Shown here in pieces: positions 61,954 to 64,000 of a DNA stretch of 64,000 nucleotides. How positions within the stretch are numbered: the first letter of the stretch is position 1; every line of letters starts with the position of its first letter. A program made the translations under genes and the position numbers. The notes beneath the pieces are model-generated. The model saw nothing but the letters and a program-made list of their open reading frames with translations. It had not been told where the DNA came from and did no database searches. Source of the stretch: an uncultured delta proteobacterium (GTDB lineage: Bacteria; Desulfobacterota; Syntrophia; Syntrophales; UBA5619); assembly GCA_963817385.1 (NCBI GenBank), contig CAWFOM010000031.1, positions 96,001 through 160,000 of the forward strand, in the 5' to 3' direction.

Positions 61954-62451
61954 TTAAATCAGGTAAGATTGTAAAGTCTTGTAGCTACTGAAATCAGAAT
62001 CAACAAAAGAGGCCCCTAACTGATTATCTTCTGTGCTGGTAATTACGCGGTGGGGTCTGCATTTGATACTGATGGGTCTCTTTTCGTTGGGTAGCGTGAA
62101 GATAGCCTCAAACTCGTCGTCTTGACCGCCCATAGAAGAAATCTTGTCACCATAACCATTCGATAAAGAGATCCGCATGCCTCCCAGAGAGATATCCAGG
62201 ATGGTTCCTGCCTGCAATTGGCTGGCTTCGGCGTCCGGATCGCGAACCACTACAGGAATGTTGACCCCCTTCCTTAAAAATCGCCTTTTTTCTTTCCCCG
62301 TGCTCGCCAGGGCGTTATTATCCTGCAAGTAGGAAGTGATGATATCTTCGATGACCAAAGACATAGAACGCTTTGTCTTGTGGGAGATTGTTTCCAGAGC
62401 AGTCCGAATTTCTTGAATGGTCCGGAAACAAATGGTAATGTCTTTCCGCAT
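61954..62451 (-). CDS. Ribbon-helix-helix - PilZ domain protein
   Basis: ITICFRT...LETIS...RSMSLVIEDII; PilZ RRFLR and DISLGG. Confidence 0.8.
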   Translation of the reverse strand: MRKDITICFRTIQEIRTALETISHKTKRSMSLVIEDIITSYLQDNNALASTGKEKRRFLRKGVNIPVVVRDPDAEASQLQAGTILDISLGGMRISLSNGYGDKISSMGGQDDEFEAIFTLPNEKRPISIKCRPHRVITSTEDNQLGASFVDSDFSSYKTLQSYLI

Positions 62452-62565
62452 ATATGATTCCCGCCTGTTTCGTAAAATTAATTCCTATTGTTTACAATGC
62501 ATAAGAAAGTTATACAAAATAGGTAATAATGTCAAGATAAATTTTATGTATAACATCGCGATCGA

Positions 62566-63690
62566 TCATGTCAGCAATGCCGAGATTTCGCCTACCCGGG
62601 CCCTGGCATCGGCCTCCCCGATATCCATCAGAGTCTTGATATACCGTGCATCGAACATGACCATGCTGAGCCAATCAAAACTTTCCGTTTTGTGAGTGCC
62701 GAACCGGCGGGTCAGGAAACGGAACGGCCGAGGTAGATCGGGTTCGAATTTTCCTGCGATTTTGCTTAAACTGAGGGAGGGGCGCAGTGTGAATGCGCGG
62801 ACCAGGCGCAGCTTGAAGTCTTCCGGCACCGTTTCACGCTCCAGAAGCCGGTTGACCCGCTCCAGCCCCAGCACGTCCTGGTCCAGGTGCTCAACAAAAA
62901 CGGCGCTCATGAGGATATCCATGATATGGGCGATGGATGGATATTCCCTGTGGGCGGCGGATCTTGCCTCTTCCAGGGACGGTTTGTAACGGGTTGAAAC
63001 AGCCAGGATCCGCCTTGCCCCAAGATGCAGAGCAGGCGAGAGCGGCGCATACTGACGAATGCCACCGTCGCCGTACCAGAAATCCCCGATCTTCACGGCC
63101 GGAAACAAAATGGGCAGCGCCGTGGAAGCCATAATCTGGTCCACCGTGATCTCCGTCATTACGCTGTGCCGGTCGGGCCGTTCCCAGATTTCGAAATTCT
63201 TTCCCTGGACCCACGTCACGCTCTGGCCGGTTGCGTAGTTCGTGGCCGTGATGGCGACTGCTTTGAGTTTCTGCTGCCGGATGTTCTCGCGGATACCGGC
63301 CATCCCGCCGTCCGATGCGGCGAACCCCTCTTCCAGCAGCAGCCTTAGCGGCCACGTATCGACAAGCCCCTGGGAGTGCATCTGGGGGATGCGCCCGGAG
63401 AGAAGATGGACCCCCCAATGCAAAAGGTTCTTCGCAAGACTCCAGGCATCCGCCTTGAAAACATGGCCGATGCTGAGGCGCTGCCAAAATGAGCTGAGGG
63501 CGTTGATGGATTCGGCAAACGTACCCCGATAGTTGGCGATGAACGCGGCATTGATGGCGCCGGCGGAAATGCCCGTCAGGATGGGGATGCGGAGGTCGGG
63601 GAAATAACCGGCAAGGCAGCGTAGAAAACCCACCTGGTAGGCCGCGTGCGCGCCTCCTCCGCTTAATACGAGCGCCAAATCATCGTTCAT
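62566..63690 (-). CDS. Patatin-like phospholipase
   Basis: LSGGGA, GISAG, GDGG. Confidence 0.92.
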   Translation of the reverse strand: MNDDLALVLSGGGAHAAYQVGFLRCLAGYFPDLRIPILTGISAGAINAAFIANYRGTFAESINALSSFWQRLSIGHVFKADAWSLAKNLLHWGVHLLSGRIPQMHSQGLVDTWPLRLLLEEGFAASDGGMAGIRENIRQQKLKAVAITATNYATGQSVTWVQGKNFEIWERPDRHSVMTEITVDQIMASTALPILFPAVKIGDFWYGDGGIRQYAPLSPALHLGARRILAVSTRYKPSLEEARSAAHREYPSIAHIMDILMSAVFVEHLDQDVLGLERVNRLLERETVPEDFKLRLVRAFTLRPSLSLSKIAGKFEPDLPRPFRFLTRRFGTHKTESFDWLSMVMFDARYIKTLMDIGEADARARVGEISALLT

Positions 63691-63972
63691 CGATACCGCC
63701 TGCCGGAACCTGTTTACCCTGACAACAATTCTCGTTACAATGTGGAAGCGTACTATGTGCTACCGTGTGAATCAATGAAAAAATGATCACCCGATAGGCC
63801 GGGATTGTCATGGCATCGATTTCATACTTTTTATGCGTAGTAGCTTTAACCTGTCAGAGAACTCTATATATTCCCCCGTAGCTATTATCAATTTTCCCAT
63901 TTATAGGTAAATTGTACAATTAAACTCAAACTCGCTAACGAATCTTCGCTAAACCGAAAAACTGAGGCCGTT

Positions 63973-64000
63973 ATGGAGAAGACGATTCGTGTCTTGATAT
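63973..64000 (+). CDS. Start of a probable receiver-domain protein (truncated by the edge)
   Basis: MEKTIRVLI after GAGG; only 9 codons visible. Confidence 0.35.

Overview
64-kb chromosomal window from an anaerobic Desulfobacterota-like (probably Syntrophales-type) bacterium; the taxon is inferred from gene content only. Left to right: an MdtABC RND efflux operon (mdtC cut by the edge), a frameshifted porin-like gene, a response regulator, an aminotransferase, DedA-PAP2, MFS, an alpha/beta-hydrolase, a QueG-like Fe-S protein and a hybrid kinase. Next is a mercury-methylation locus (marR-hgcA-hgcB divergent from arsR, with visible operator palindromes, followed by a Cys-rich ECF-sigma/CMD cassette), a csp region with candidate structured RNAs, an orphan glycyl-radical enzyme and a small defence islet (VapBC45-like TA, SBD-HNH nuclease). 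Then comes a GC-rich beta-oxidation cluster with two unusual multidomain fusions resembling peroxisomal MFE-2/SCPx, TAXI-TRAP, acyl-CoA ligases, a Liv-type ABC operon, a TctABC-racemase-reductase-PAL-like-M24 catabolic cluster, and an AT-richer end (lipoprotein, PEP-CTERM, RHH-PilZ, patatin). Five otherwise intact genes, including hgcA, carry single frameshifts that may be assembly errors. No rRNA, tRNA, CRISPR array or transposase was seen. All calls come from motif recognition by eye, without database searches.
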